Part shown: positions 10,603 through 21,650 of the stretch, one piece after another
How positions within the stretch are numbered: the first letter of the stretch is position 1
Layout: each line of letters begins with the position of its first letter
NCBI GenBank assembly: GCA_965238075.1
Contig: OZ250173.1
Coordinates: 320,001 to 384,000, forward strand
Direction of reading: 5' to 3'
DNA: 64,000 nucleotides
Source of the DNA: Candidatus Entotheonellaceae bacterium
GTDB taxonomy: Bacteria > Tectomicrobia > Entotheonellia > Entotheonellales > Entotheonellaceae
Program-made: the position numbers and the translations under genes
The notes under the pieces: generated by a model
Told to the model about the DNA's origin: nothing
The model's database searches: none
What the model saw: the letters and a program-made list of their open reading frames with translations, nothing else

Positions 10603-10993
10603 GATGGAGGGTGATACGCCCGTGGATAACCTGCCGGCAGGAAGGCGGCAACCTCTGCATACAGACCGGTTATACAGCTCATGGGTCGGTCCTGGCGCTC
10701 ATTTTGGCCGGGGCGAACGTGGGTGTCTGTCATCCGGCAGGCGGCCCGGCGATTGTGCCCGACGTGTTTTTGAGCCCGGAAGTACAGATTGCACAGGGGG
10801 CTCCCCGCCACACGGACAAAGCGCCAAGCTGGATTTGTTTACGACTGTCCTCAACGTTACAATGCCGCCGGCAAGATATGACCCGGTGGTCGTCTGGGTC
10901 GCCCGATCCGTAACAGGCGCGCCTCCAGGGGATGTTCATGGTCACGGGCAATTGCTCCAGCAAAAGGGGCCCAAGCAAGGTGGAGGTGTCATC

Positions 10994-12703
10994 ATGAGGC
11001 AAGCACGGTTACGGCAATCCGCAGGGTTGTCCCTGGTCCTGATGCTGCTGCTGAGCATGGTGTTCCTGGGAGGCGGTGCCCAGGCGCAAACCGGCGAGGC
11101 GAAAGTGGACCGTTTGGTGATCGGTCTCATCAATCCGTTCCGGGATTACTTTCGTGCCTGGATCAGCGGCACACCCGACCACAATATCCAGCATGACCCG
11201 ATCTTGGAGTGGCTCATTGAGATCGACCCTGATACGGGCCTATACGTCCCCTGGCTGGCAAAGAGCTGGGAGATGACCCCAGATGGTCGCTTGTGGCGGG
11301 TGAAGCTGCAAGAGGGGGTGAACTATCATCAGGACTACGGTGAATTTACCGCCAAAGATGTGGTGCATAATCATGCGCTGTGGTGCGAGGAGAACTACCC
11401 GGGTCGTGCCGACCCCCCATCGAGTGCCTACCGGACCGGTATTTGCACGGTTGAGCGCGTTGAGGTGATCAATGACCACGAGGTGCTGATGCACTGTAAG
11501 GAGCCGTGCCTCGACTTCGAGTTTTATTACTCCGAAGCGGCCAACGTCATGATGTTCAGCAAGGCACAGTGGGACAAAGAAGGCGAAATGGGCTACGAGC
11601 GCAAGCCGGCCGGCACCGGGCCGTACGAGTTCAAGGAACGCAAATTGGGCCAGTACGTGCTGTACGAACGGGCGCCGACGCCGCATTGGAAACACGGCGT
11701 GGTGGACTGGAAAGAGCTCATGATGACCTGGACCATCGAGGAATCAACGCGCTATGCCCAATTGCTGGCGGGAGAAACGCATCTGACAGAGCTCAACAAG
11801 GACCTCGTGGACCAGTTGGTCTCCAGGGGATACAAGCTGGTTCGCAGTCGCGGGACGGCACAGCAGATACAGATCATCTTTGGCGGGCTCTACTTTGGTA
11901 CGGAGGATCCGCAGACCGGGCGCTACACGGAACACGGCGGCATCACGGGCAAGCTGGACCCGAGCGAGCCGTGGACCAAGAAGAAGGTGCGCCAAGCCAT
12001 GAACAAAGCCATTAACCGCGAAGAATTGCTCGAGGTGCTGTACAAGAACAGAGCGGATTATATGTACGTGCACGGCTTCTACCCCGATCTGCCCGGCTGG
12101 GACCCCACCTGGGAACAACGCTTCCCGGAGATGTATGGCTACGATCCGCAGGCCGCACAGCGCTTGCTGAGAGAAGCCGGCTATCCCAATGGGTTTAAGG
12201 CGAAGGCGTGGTTGTTCCCCTTTGCTGGAGCGCCCGAACTTATTTCGCTCGTCGAAGCGGTACAGATTCAGTTGCTCGACGTGGGGATTGAATTGAGGTT
12301 AGAAGAGGCGGACCTGGTGTCCACGATTGCGCCGATCTGGCGCGCCAGAAAAGCCCAGGGATATCTCGCGGCGGTCCCGCCCTCGAAGAAAGCGGTTGAG
12401 GCGCAGATTGCCGTCTTCAATGCCGGCAAGGCTGGCATACATCAGTTTGAGACGGATGAAATTTACCGCATGTGGGAGGAACTGAAGCAGCTCGCCGACC
12501 CCGCCGAGCGCGACGTCCTGCTGCGCAAGATCGGTAATTACAAATTTGAAAATTTCGAGATCATCCCCCTCTTCAACGTCTTCATCGAGGTGGTGGTGGA
12601 CCCCAACATCGTGGACGACTGGGCCTTCCCCGGCTGGGACGGTGGCGACATCGGTCACACCTGGCGTATCACCGCGTGTAAGCAGGCACAACCGTGCAGG
12701 TAG
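10994..12703 (+). CDS. ABC transporter substrate-binding protein, family 5 (peptide/nickel)
   Basis: Signal peptide; PWLAKSWE, FTAKDV, PAGTGPY, KVRQAMNKAINR; RBS GGAGG. Confidence 0.9.
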   Translation: MRQARLRQSAGLSLVLMLLLSMVFLGGGAQAQTGEAKVDRLVIGLINPFRDYFRAWISGTPDHNIQHDPILEWLIEIDPDTGLYVPWLAKSWEMTPDGRLWRVKLQEGVNYHQDYGEFTAKDVVHNHALWCEENYPGRADPPSSAYRTGICTVERVEVINDHEVLMHCKEPCLDFEFYYSEAANVMMFSKAQWDKEGEMGYERKPAGTGPYEFKERKLGQYVLYERAPTPHWKHGVVDWKELMMTWTIEESTRYAQLLAGETHLTELNKDLVDQLVSRGYKLVRSRGTAQQIQIIFGGLYFGTEDPQTGRYTEHGGITGKLDPSEPWTKKKVRQAMNKAINREELLEVLYKNRADYMYVHGFYPDLPGWDPTWEQRFPEMYGYDPQAAQRLLREAGYPNGFKAKAWLFPFAGAPELISLVEAVQIQLLDVGIELRLEEADLVSTIAPIWRARKAQGYLAAVPPSKKAVEAQIAVFNAGKAGIHQFETDEIYRMWEELKQLADPAERDVLLRKIGNYKFENFEIIPLFNVFIEVVVDPNIVDDWAFPGWDGGDIGHTWRITACKQAQPCR

Positions 12704-12736
12704 GGGACCCAAGGCGGAGAGGCTGAGGAGCAAGGC

Positions 12737-13657
12737 ATGCAGCGCTACATCATCATACGCCTTCTGCAGAGTCTGCTGGCGCTCTGGGTGATGAGCCTCA
12801 TTGTGTTCAGTCTGGCCCGCGTCACCGGGGACCCGATCGATGCCCTGTTGCCCATCGAAGCGACCTTGGAAGAACGCGAAACGATTAGGAAAAACTGGGG
12901 CCTGGACAAGCCGCTGCATACCCAGTACCTCGTCTTCCTCAGCAAAGCCGTGCGCGGAGATTTTGGCAACTCATGGAAATGGCAGGGTCATACCGCCATG
13001 GGTCTGGTGCTCGACCGTCTGCCGGCGACCCTGGAGCTGGCGGGCGTGGCCATCGCCATCAGCATTGTGCTGGCGCTGCCACTCGGGGTGTTAGCCGCGG
13101 TGAAGAAGGGCACGCTTTTCGATTCGGTGGGGAAAATGGTCGCGCTGCTCGGCCAATCGCTGCCGGCCTTTTGGTTGGGCATTATCCTGATGTGGATTTT
13201 CGCCGTCATGTTGGGTTGGTTACCGACCTCGGGACGCGGTGGGATCTCACGCCTGATCCTGCCGGCCGTCTCCCTGGGGTGGTTCCAAGTGGCCGTCATC
13301 ATGCGCTTGGTGCGCTCGGCCATGCTGGATGTGTTGGACAGCGAATTTGTGAAATTGACCCGCGTCAAGGGCCTCTCCGAATGGAAGGTAATCTGGAAGC
13401 ACTGTCTACGCAACGCAGCGATTGTGCCTCTGACCTACTTTGCAATCAATGCCGGGGTCTTGATGACGGGCTCGGTGGTGATCGAGAACGTCTTCGTCTG
13501 GCCGGGTACCGGACGACTCGCGCTGGAGGCGATTCAGGCGAGGGATTTCCAGGTCGTCCAGGCCATTGTGATCATTTTTGCGGCTGTCTTCCTGTTCGCT
13601 AATCTGATCGTGGATATTCTCTATGCCTACCTCGATCCACGCATCCGTTATCAGTAG
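12737..13657 (+). CDS. ABC permease (DppB/OppB-like)
   Basis: GDFGNS, RLPATLEL, YAYLDPRIR. Confidence 0.92.
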   Translation: MQRYIIIRLLQSLLALWVMSLIVFSLARVTGDPIDALLPIEATLEERETIRKNWGLDKPLHTQYLVFLSKAVRGDFGNSWKWQGHTAMGLVLDRLPATLELAGVAIAISIVLALPLGVLAAVKKGTLFDSVGKMVALLGQSLPAFWLGIILMWIFAVMLGWLPTSGRGGISRLILPAVSLGWFQVAVIMRLVRSAMLDVLDSEFVKLTRVKGLSEWKVIWKHCLRNAAIVPLTYFAINAGVLMTGSVVIENVFVWPGTGRLALEAIQARDFQVVQAIVIIFAAVFLFANLIVDILYAYLDPRIRYQ

Positions 13658-13695
13658 CAAAGGGGCTGGCCCGCTTCGATAAAGGGTAACGTCGC

Positions 13696-14592
13696 ATGGC
13701 ACAAGTACTACCGGAAAGCGTTCCCAGATCAACGCCAGACGGGATCGTACGGGCGACTCTGCCGTCCCGACAATTTCCCGCGATACCCTTGTTCATTCTG
13801 GTGTTTCTCCTGGTGCTTCCCGGTCTCTTTGCGCCGTATCTGGCGCCCCACAACCCCATAAGGGGCTCCCTACGGGAGCGTCTGAAGCCACCGGTATGGG
13901 TGCAAGGCGGCACGATCACCCACCCCCTGGGCACGGATAAAGTGGGACGTGACATCCTGAGCCGCATTATCTATGGGGCCAGGATCTCCCTGGCGGTGTC
14001 TTTGGTGGCCATCCTGGTAAGCGGCGTCATCGGGACCGCGCTAGGGCTCATGGCCGGGTATTTTGGCGGCCGGCTGGATGCCCTGATCATGCGTCTGGTG
14101 GATATCTCCCTCGGTTTGCCGGTTATTTTGCTGGCCTTGGTGTTTGTCGCCGCCATAGGAGCAAGTTTTATTACGGTGGTCGTGGTCACGACCGTGCTCC
14201 TGTGGGCGCGCTATGCCCGCCAGGTTCGAGGTGAAACCTTAAGTATTCGAGAACGCGATTTTATCGCCCGAGCTCGGGTGGCAGGGGCGTCACACTTTCG
14301 CATCATGCTGCGCTATATCTTCCCGAACATCATCAACACCCTGACCGTGCTGGCCACCCTGCAAATTGGCGCCGTCATTCTGCTGGAGTCGGCCCTCAGC
14401 TTCCTGGGAGCCGGGATTCCGCGTCCGACGCCAACCTGGGGCTCGATGATCGCGGACGGGCGTGATCTCATTGTGGTCGCCTGGTGGATCGCCATGTTCC
14501 CTGGCCTGGCCATCATGCTGACCGTGCTGTCCTTAAACTTGCTGGGCGACTGGTTGCGCGACCGTCTCGACCCGAAACTCAGGAATATCTAG
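13696..14592 (+). CDS. ABC permease (DppC/OppC-like)
   Basis: [33 protein letters not shown]. Confidence 0.92.
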   Translation: MAQVLPESVPRSTPDGIVRATLPSRQFPAIPLFILVFLLVLPGLFAPYLAPHNPIRGSLRERLKPPVWVQGGTITHPLGTDKVGRDILSRIIYGARISLAVSLVAILVSGVIGTALGLMAGYFGGRLDALIMRLVDISLGLPVILLALVFVAAIGASFITVVVVTTVLLWARYARQVRGETLSIRERDFIARARVAGASHFRIMLRYIFPNIINTLTVLATLQIGAVILLESALSFLGAGIPRPTPTWGSMIADGRDLIVVAWWIAMFPGLAIMLTVLSLNLLGDWLRDRLDPKLRNI

Positions 14593-14624
14593 TGCGGGCC
14601 GGCTATACGCCATAGGAAATCGGT

Positions 14625-15611
14625 ATGACCCGACACATTGGCGACGTTATCCTGCAGGTCGAGGATCTCCACACCTATTGTTTTACGCGCTGGGGTGTGG
14701 TGAAAGCCGTTGATGGCGTGAGTTTTGCCCTGCGCCAGGGCGAAACGTTGGGGATTGTGGGCGAGTCCGGCTGTGGCAAGAGCATGACGGCTCTATCTCT
14801 GTTGCGCTTGGTGCCGCGGCCAGTGGCCCGCATCGTGCAAGGCAGGGTCCTGTTGCAAGGCGAGAACCTCCTCGACAAGAGCGAACGGGAGATGCGGCAT
14901 ATCCGGGGGCGGCGCCTGTCGATGATTCTGCAGGATCCCCAGACCTCTCTCAATCCCGTCTTCACCATTGGTAATCAGCTTCTCGAAGCCATCCATATCC
15001 ACCACAAAGGGCGCGCCCGCGCGCTGCTGTCGCGTGCCATTAGCGCGCTGTCGCAAGTCAGGGTGGCCGCCCCAGAGCGTCGCGTGGAGGATTACCCGCA
15101 CCAGATGAGCGGCGGCATGAAACAGCGCGTCGTGGGCGCCATTGCATTGTCTTGCGAGCCCCATGTGATTATCGCCGACGAGCCCACCACCTCGCTGGAC
15201 GTGACGATTCAAGCCCAGTACTTGCGCTTGCTGCGGGAAATTCAAGAGCAAACCGGCCTGTCCATTATCTTTATCACCCACGACTTTGGCATTGTGGCGA
15301 AGATGTGCGATCGGGTCATGGTGATGTACGCCGGTCGGGTGGTGGAAAGTGGACCCGTGCGGGACATTTTCAATCACCCGGCGCATCCATATACGCAGGC
15401 CCTGTTGCAGTCCGTACCCACGATGGATGAACGCCCCGAACGCCTGTATGCCATCGAAGGGCAGCCACCCGCCCTGTGGGAACTCCCACCCGGGTGCCGA
15501 TTTGCCGCCCGTTGCCCCTATGTGGAAGCGCGTTGCGAGCAGACGTATCCATCCTCTTTTGCGGTTGGAGTGGACCACACCGCAGACTGTTGGAGGTTAC
15601 AAGAGGCATGA
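14625..15611 (+). CDS. ABC ATP-binding protein (DppD/OppD-like)
   Basis: [23 protein letters not shown]-terminal GCRF Cys domain. Confidence 0.93.
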   Translation: MTRHIGDVILQVEDLHTYCFTRWGVVKAVDGVSFALRQGETLGIVGESGCGKSMTALSLLRLVPRPVARIVQGRVLLQGENLLDKSEREMRHIRGRRLSMILQDPQTSLNPVFTIGNQLLEAIHIHHKGRARALLSRAISALSQVRVAAPERRVEDYPHQMSGGMKQRVVGAIALSCEPHVIIADEPTTSLDVTIQAQYLRLLREIQEQTGLSIIFITHDFGIVAKMCDRVMVMYAGRVVESGPVRDIFNHPAHPYTQALLQSVPTMDERPERLYAIEGQPPALWELPPGCRFAARCPYVEARCEQTYPSSFAVGVDHTADCWRLQEA

Positions 15612-16579
15612 GCGAGACGCCCCTACTGCAGGTGCACCATCTCAAGAAGCACTTCCCTGTAACCCGAGGCCTCCTGGTGATGCGAACCATCGGCTGGGTG
15701 AAGGCCGTAGACGACATCAGTTTCTCGGTGCCGCAAGGAGAAACGCTGGCGCTCGTGGGCGAATCCGGGTGTGGCAAGACGACGACGGCCAAATTGATCC
15801 TGCGTCTCGAAGAGCCGACCGACGGGGAGATCTTGATCGACGGACAATCCGTGCATGACTTACGCGGCAAGGCCTTGAAAGCATACCGCACCGCGGTGCA
15901 GGCGGTCTTTCAAGACCCCTGGTCGTCGCTGAATCCTCGCATGCGGGTACGGCAAATTGTGGCGGAACCCCTGGTGATCAATCGTAAGATGTCCCGCGCA
16001 GCGACCGCGGCGCGGGTGCAGGAGGTCCTGGACAGCGTGGGCCTGCGGCCGCAGCAGGCCAACCTGTATCCGCACGAGTTCAGCGGTGGCCAGCGGCAGC
16101 GCATTGCCGTGGCCAGTGCGCTCATTTCCCACCCCAAGCTGATCATCCTGGATGAACCGGTTTCAGCTCTGGATGTGTCCATCCGCGCGCAGATTATGAA
16201 CCTGTTGGTGGACTTGCAGCAGGCGTATCACGTCAGCTATCTCCTTATTGCCCATCACCTCGCCACCACGCGCTACATGGCGCACGAAGTCGCGGTGATG
16301 TACCTGGGAAAGATTGTCGAAAGAGCCCGCACGGAAGCGTTATTCACCGAGCCCCTGCATCCGTACACCCGAGCGCTCTTCTCAGCGGCGCTGCCAGCCC
16401 ATCCTGACATCACTCGTGAAGAGATCATCCTGCCTGGTGAAGTCCCTTCACCCATCAATCCGCCCAGCGGTTGTCGCTTCCATACGCGCTGTCCGGTCGC
16501 CAAACCCGAGTGTGCGGAGATCGAGCCGGAGGAAACCTACATCGACGGCCATATGGTGGCCTGTCACCTTTACAACTGA
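15608..16579 (+). CDS. ABC ATP-binding protein (DppF/OppF-like)
   Basis: GESGCGKT, YPHEFSGGQRQR, LDEPVSALD; ATG 15608 overlaps the upstream stop. Confidence 0.93.
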   Translation: MSETPLLQVHHLKKHFPVTRGLLVMRTIGWVKAVDDISFSVPQGETLALVGESGCGKTTTAKLILRLEEPTDGEILIDGQSVHDLRGKALKAYRTAVQAVFQDPWSSLNPRMRVRQIVAEPLVINRKMSRAATAARVQEVLDSVGLRPQQANLYPHEFSGGQRQRIAVASALISHPKLIILDEPVSALDVSIRAQIMNLLVDLQQAYHVSYLLIAHHLATTRYMAHEVAVMYLGKIVERARTEALFTEPLHPYTRALFSAALPAHPDITREEIILPGEVPSPINPPSGCRFHTRCPVAKPECAEIEPEETYIDGHMVACHLYN

Positions 16580-16673
16580 TAGCTGGCCGGACGGTTTGGC
16601 ATAAGGCTAATTCCACGGCTCCGAATGCTCAAAAACTTGCTCTGAACTCGATTCGGGGACCTGCCGCCTATGA

Positions 16674-17954
16674 TCAGTTGAGCGTGGCCTTCCGCGCGCT
16701 GACTGGCAGCACCTCCAGACCCCTCAAAATAATGTTGTCCCTAAAGACAGGTCGGTCCGTCTGCATGCGAATGTCAGCGAAGCGCTCCATGATGGCCTCG
16801 AAAGTGAGCCGTCCCTCCAGGCGCGCCAGCGACGCCCCGAGGCAGTGATGGATGCCGCGTCCAAAGGAAATGTGATTGGCTTCCTGGCGGGTGAGATCGA
16901 GCCGGTCCGGCTCGCTGAACACCTCCGGGTCGCGATTCGCTGAGCCGAGGAGCACCATGATGCCCTGCCCTTTCTTCACGTGGCGACCGTCGAATTCCAC
17001 ATCCTCCAATGCAACGCGGACATCCAACTGCACGGGGGCGTCATAGCGCAGCAATTCCTCGATCGCCGAGGGCATCAGGTCCGGCGACTGGCGCAATACC
17101 TCAAGTTGTTCGGGGTTTCGCAGCAGGGCAAGCATGCCATTGCCGATGAGCTTGGTGGTGGTTTCGTTGCCGGCCACCAGCAACAGCCGCAGCATAGCGA
17201 GCAGTTCCGCCTGGCTGAGCTTGTCCCCCGCCTCTTCAGCCGCCACCAAGCCGCTGATCAGATCGTCCCGGGGTTCCCGCCGCCGCTGGTCAATGATGCC
17301 CAGAAAATACGCATCGAGCTCCTTGCCAGCCTCCGTAACGAGGCGCCGTTCCTTATCCGTAATGTTCGGCTCCAGGCCGCGAGCCCGATGGCGCGACCAT
17401 ATCTGGAATTGCGGCCGGTCCTCAGTCGGCACGCCGAGCAGCTCGGCAATGACGATGACGGGCAATGGCGCAGCAATGGCCTCCATGAGGTCGAAGGCGG
17501 CGGGATCGTCAAGCTGGTCCAGCAGATCGTCGGCGATGGCGCGGATGTGTCCCGCAAGACCCTCGACGACTGCAGGGGTGAACGCACGACTCACCAGAGC
17601 GCGCAGCCGCGTGTGGTCCGGCGGATCCCGGAACAGCATGCTCGGCTGGCTCTGGAGATCAAACGCCTCGTCGATGTGGCTGGGGTTGCCGCGTTTGCTG
17701 GAATCGTTGGAAAACCGTTTGTGATCGCGCAGGATGCTGTCCACGTGCTTGTAACGCGAGAACACCCAGGAATCCATGAGCGGGCTCCAATGCACGGGGT
17801 CCTTGTCGCGCAGTCGCTCGTAGGTCGGATACGGATCCGTGTACACGCTCGGCGACAGCGGGTTATACGTCACACCGCTCTGCCACCATTCGCGGGCCAT
17901 GAGGGCACGGATGGCAACCGGTTTGATGATCTTCCGAAGCACGCTGGAGCTCAT
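16674..17954 (-). CDS. Cytochrome P450
   Basis: DPPDHTRLR, AGNETT, EELLR, heme motif FGRGIHHCLG. Confidence 0.95.
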   Translation of the reverse strand: MSSSVLRKIIKPVAIRALMAREWWQSGVTYNPLSPSVYTDPYPTYERLRDKDPVHWSPLMDSWVFSRYKHVDSILRDHKRFSNDSSKRGNPSHIDEAFDLQSQPSMLFRDPPDHTRLRALVSRAFTPAVVEGLAGHIRAIADDLLDQLDDPAAFDLMEAIAAPLPVIVIAELLGVPTEDRPQFQIWSRHRARGLEPNITDKERRLVTEAGKELDAYFLGIIDQRRREPRDDLISGLVAAEEAGDKLSQAELLAMLRLLLVAGNETTTKLIGNGMLALLRNPEQLEVLRQSPDLMPSAIEELLRYDAPVQLDVRVALEDVEFDGRHVKKGQGIMVLLGSANRDPEVFSEPDRLDLTRQEANHISFGRGIHHCLGASLARLEGRLTFEAIMERFADIRMQTDRPVFRDNIILRGLEVLPVSARKATLN

Positions 17955-18014
17955 GACCACCTCCTTTTGAATCCAGGGTCCACTACATGCGCAAGGTCTG
18001 CAACATGCGGCCTG

Positions 18015-19349
18015 TCAACTGAAATCTCCGGTCCACAACATCCGGCACGTTAACGATGCTACCACAACGCCGGTCACGTCTGCGCAGAGCCCCGCCAGCA
18101 GCGCGTGGCGGATGCGACTGACGCCCACAGCGCCGAAGTAAACGGCCAGCACGTAGAACGTGGTCTCGGTGCTGCCCATCAGCGTTGAAGCCACATAAGC
18201 GGCATACGAGTCGGGCGCCGCCTCGACCAGCTCGGCCATGATGCCGAAGGCACCGCTGCCTGAAAGGGGCCGCACCAGCGCCATGGGCAGAACCTCACCC
18301 GGCATGCCGATCAGGTGGGTTACCGGGTTGAGGATGGACGTCAGCAGTTCCATCGCCCCGGACGCCCGGAACATGCGGATAGCCACCAGAATGGCCACCA
18401 GGAAAGGGATGATGCGCACGGCGATGTCGAAACCCTGCTTGGCGCCTTCGGTGACCGCCTCGTAGATGCGCACGCCGCGGGCCAGTCCGTACGAAAAGAT
18501 GAGGAATATCAGCACCGGCATCAACCAATAACTGGCGAAGCGGTTTTTCAGGAAGTCGGGCAGCGAATCTGCGGTGACGGCCTGATACACGGTGGCGGCG
18601 CCGAGCAGGAGCAGCCCGGCAATGGCCAGCCGCTTGCCGATGGTGCCGGGGTCCCCTACCAAGTGGGCGTAGTCGGGTTCAGATGCCTGGTCATCCGCGA
18701 CGTTGCTTTCGGGGCTGGCGTCAACCGTTTGCGGTTGCGCCACTTGCTCCCGATAGGCGGCATCGCGGCGCCCCCACCAGGAGGCAACCAGCACGCCGAC
18801 GAGAGTCGAAGCCAAGGTCGCCACCAGCGTTGGCACGAACATTTCGAAGGGCCGCGTGCTGCCCGCCGCGGCGCGCACACCCATGACGCCCAGCGGCAGC
18901 AGCGCGACGCTGGAGGTGTTGATCGCCAGGAACAGGCACATGGCGTTGGTGGCCACTCCCGGCAACGGGTTGAGCCGGTTCAATTCGACCATCGCCTTGA
19001 TGCCGAACGGCGTCGCCGCGTTGCCGAGACCCAACATATTCGCCGAGATGTTAAGAATCATGGCGCTCATGGCGGGATGCTCGGCAGGCACGTCGGGAAA
19101 CAGGCGCACCATCAAAGGCCGGACGAGGCGGGCCAATTGCCGCATCATGCCGCCGGCTTCCAGGACGCGCACGAAGCCCAGCCACAAGGCCATGATACCG
19201 ATCAACCCGATGGCCAGCGTCACCGCACCTTTCGCCGCCGCAATGCTGGCGTCGGCTGCCTCCTGCATGCGCCCGGACACGGCCGCGAACAGGATGGCAC
19301 CCATGACAAAGACGACAAAGACAACGTTGATGGGACTGATTTTCGGCAT
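18015..19349 (-). CDS. SpmA/SpmB fusion (nucleoside-recognition Gate domain) membrane protein
   Basis: ANMLGLGNAATPFG and RPLSGSG...GSTETTFY motifs. Confidence 0.88.
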   Translation of the reverse strand: MPKISPINVVFVVFVMGAILFAAVSGRMQEAADASIAAAKGAVTLAIGLIGIMALWLGFVRVLEAGGMMRQLARLVRPLMVRLFPDVPAEHPAMSAMILNISANMLGLGNAATPFGIKAMVELNRLNPLPGVATNAMCLFLAINTSSVALLPLGVMGVRAAAGSTRPFEMFVPTLVATLASTLVGVLVASWWGRRDAAYREQVAQPQTVDASPESNVADDQASEPDYAHLVGDPGTIGKRLAIAGLLLLGAATVYQAVTADSLPDFLKNRFASYWLMPVLIFLIFSYGLARGVRIYEAVTEGAKQGFDIAVRIIPFLVAILVAIRMFRASGAMELLTSILNPVTHLIGMPGEVLPMALVRPLSGSGAFGIMAELVEAAPDSYAAYVASTLMGSTETTFYVLAVYFGAVGVSRIRHALLAGLCADVTGVVVASLTCRMLWTGDFS

Positions 19350-19440
19350 CACTCGCTTCGCTCGTGCTGCTTGATATTTTGAATACGCCCTGTCTTCGCT
19401 CGCTGGCGCTCGCTACGCAGGGCTGTGGTGAAGGCATCGG

Positions 19441-20418
19441 TCAGGCCACTCCAGCTACCTGATGGATGAACGGCTCGTCGCGCTCCCAGCGGCGCACGTT
19501 CTCGACGATGATGTCAACCAGGCGCTGTTCGTAACGCGACGTTTCGCCGCCGGTGTGTGGCGTGATGAGGACGTTGGGCGATTCCCAAAGCGGGCTTTCG
19601 GGGCGCAGGGGCTCGTCAATGGTGAGGTCCAACGCCGCGCCAGCGATGTCGCCCGTTTGCAAAGCGCTAATCAACTCGGATTCGACGACGACCTGCCCGC
19701 GCGACACGTTCACCAGGTAAGCGGACGGCTTCATGCGCCGCAATTCCGCCGCGCCGATGAGGTTGGTTGTTTCGGGCTTGAGCGGGCAGCAAAGCGCGAC
19801 ATAATCGGCGCTGTCGAGCAATTCCTCCAATCGATCGGGAGGTAACACAAGGTCGGACTGTCCCTGGTAGGCCGCGGGGTTGCCCTTAGTGCCGGTGACG
19901 CGCATGCCGAACGCCTTGGCGAGGGTGGCCAAGCGGTTGCCGATAGCGCCGAGGCCGATGATGCCCAGGGTCTTGTCGGCAACTTCGTCTTCGCGCGCCT
20001 GCGGGTCGCTGATCATTGGGCGCCAGTGCTTGCGATGCTGGTTGTCACGCGCTTCCGGCAGGCGACGGCTGAGCGCCAGGATGAGCGCCATGGCGTGTTC
20101 GCTGACAGCGTTGGCGTTGACCCCCACGGCATTGCTCAGGCGGATGCCGCGGCGCTGCAGTTCGGCGAGCGGAAACTGGTTGTAGCCGACGCCGATGGCC
20201 TGAATCCACCGCAGTTTTTCAGCGCCGTCGAGCAAATCGTCTCGCCAAGCACCGGAAATCACCAACACGTCGAGCTGGGGCATGTACGGCTTGATTGCGT
20301 CGGCGCTGTGTTCCTGAAAAACCGTCGCCTCGGGAAGCCGGGCGCTGAGTACCGGGAAGATGCGGTAGGCCGGGTGACACACGCCGATGGTCAAGTCCTT
20401 GGCCGCAACTGCCGGCAT
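19441..20418 (-). CDS. D-2-hydroxyacid dehydrogenase
   Basis: GLGAIG, VNVSRG, EPL, ITPHTG. Confidence 0.9.
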   Translation of the reverse strand: MPAVAAKDLTIGVCHPAYRIFPVLSARLPEATVFQEHSADAIKPYMPQLDVLVISGAWRDDLLDGAEKLRWIQAIGVGYNQFPLAELQRRGIRLSNAVGVNANAVSEHAMALILALSRRLPEARDNQHRKHWRPMISDPQAREDEVADKTLGIIGLGAIGNRLATLAKAFGMRVTGTKGNPAAYQGQSDLVLPPDRLEELLDSADYVALCCPLKPETTNLIGAAELRRMKPSAYLVNVSRGQVVVESELISALQTGDIAGAALDLTIDEPLRPESPLWESPNVLITPHTGGETSRYEQRLVDIIVENVRRWERDEPFIHQVAGVA

Positions 20419-20457
20419 GATGGGCTCCTTGTGAACTGGCGGTACGCCGGCACGGAC

Positions 20458-21621
20458 CTACAAGGCCGCCACAAAGGCACGCCCCACGTCCTGTGCGGAC
20501 ATGCGATTCAACGAGGGATTGATTTTGAGCCAGAAGCCACCCTGCCAGCGGGCTTGCGGCAGGTGAATGTTACGCCGGCTGAGCCGGTCGCGAAAACGTT
20601 CTGGGTCCGTGCCGGACACGTATACGGGCACGACGTGGGTGCCGTCCGGAACGGGCTCGACGCGAAAAGCAGAGTGTTCGGCCAGTATTTGGAAAATGCT
20701 TTCCGCCTTGCGCCAAGCGGCCTTGTATTCATCCAGGAAATCGTCGACGAATTCCAGGGCCACTGCGGCGTACGGCCAGGCACCGGGCAGGCCACTGCCG
20801 AACATGCGGCGCACGTGGAACAGGTTCTCGGTGAACGCCCGCGTGCCAGCCAGAATGGCCCCGGAAGCAGCATTGAAGCACTTGTACAGCGACACGTACA
20901 CGGTATCGAACAGCGCGGCGTATTGCGCGGGCGGGATGCCGGTGTGAGCGGATTCCACGAACAGGCGGGCGCCGTCGAGGTGCAGCCGGATGCCTTCCTG
21001 CCGGCCGAAGGCGGCGATGCGCCCCATTTCGTCATAGCCGAACACGGCGTCGTCCATGCGCCGTACCGGCGACTCAATGCAAATGACGCCGACATCCGTC
21101 TCTACCCTGCCGGAGCGGCTGCGCCGCACCGTGTCCTGCACCTCCGATAACGTGAAGCCGACTCGCCCCGACGCCAGGGGAATGAGGTTCAGGCCGCTGA
21201 GTTGCTGGGCGCAGTCGCCGGAATCGTTGTAGATGTGACTCTCGGCTTGCACGAGGACGCGCCGCTGCACCCCAGCCAGTTCCCGCAGCGCGATGTGGTT
21301 GGCCAGCGTGCCGGTGGGCATGAAGACGGCGCTTTCCTTGCCGAGCCAGCGCGCAAACGTGTGTTCCAGTTCCTCGACGACACCGCCGTTGGAATAAACG
21401 TCGGCGTGCAACGGCTTGGAAGTGGCGAGCTGATTCAGAAGGTGGGCGTATTCCAAGGGGCTGAGATGGGAGCCGTCGTAGATGAAATTGACCGCCTGCT
21501 GCAGCCGCGTCAACTCGTCGGGGTCGGTAGCTGCTTGGCCCGCCAAGGTCGGCGCCGCCGAAGCCCCTGCCGCCAACGCGCCGCCGAGTTTGAGTACCTC
21601 TCGTCGCCCCATGGTGGTCAT
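20458..21621 (-). CDS. Threonine aldolase-like PLP enzyme with Tat signal
   Basis: GRREVLK twin-arginine leader; FMPTGTLAN, HLDGAR, VSLYK. Confidence 0.85.
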   Translation of the reverse strand: MTTMGRREVLKLGGALAAGASAAPTLAGQAATDPDELTRLQQAVNFIYDGSHLSPLEYAHLLNQLATSKPLHADVYSNGGVVEELEHTFARWLGKESAVFMPTGTLANHIALRELAGVQRRVLVQAESHIYNDSGDCAQQLSGLNLIPLASGRVGFTLSEVQDTVRRSRSGRVETDVGVICIESPVRRMDDAVFGYDEMGRIAAFGRQEGIRLHLDGARLFVESAHTGIPPAQYAALFDTVYVSLYKCFNAASGAILAGTRAFTENLFHVRRMFGSGLPGAWPYAAVALEFVDDFLDEYKAAWRKAESIFQILAEHSAFRVEPVPDGTHVVPVYVSGTDPERFRDRLSRRNIHLPQARWQGGFWLKINPSLNRMSAQDVGRAFVAAL

Positions 21622-21650
21622 TGCTCGCTCGTTGCCCGCATCATGGGGAC

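Noticed and set aside
10603-10993. Riboswitch ahead of the ABC operon, or the 718-aa extended ORF
   Set aside because: No recognisable aptamer consensus; the RBS and signal peptide point to ATG 10994.
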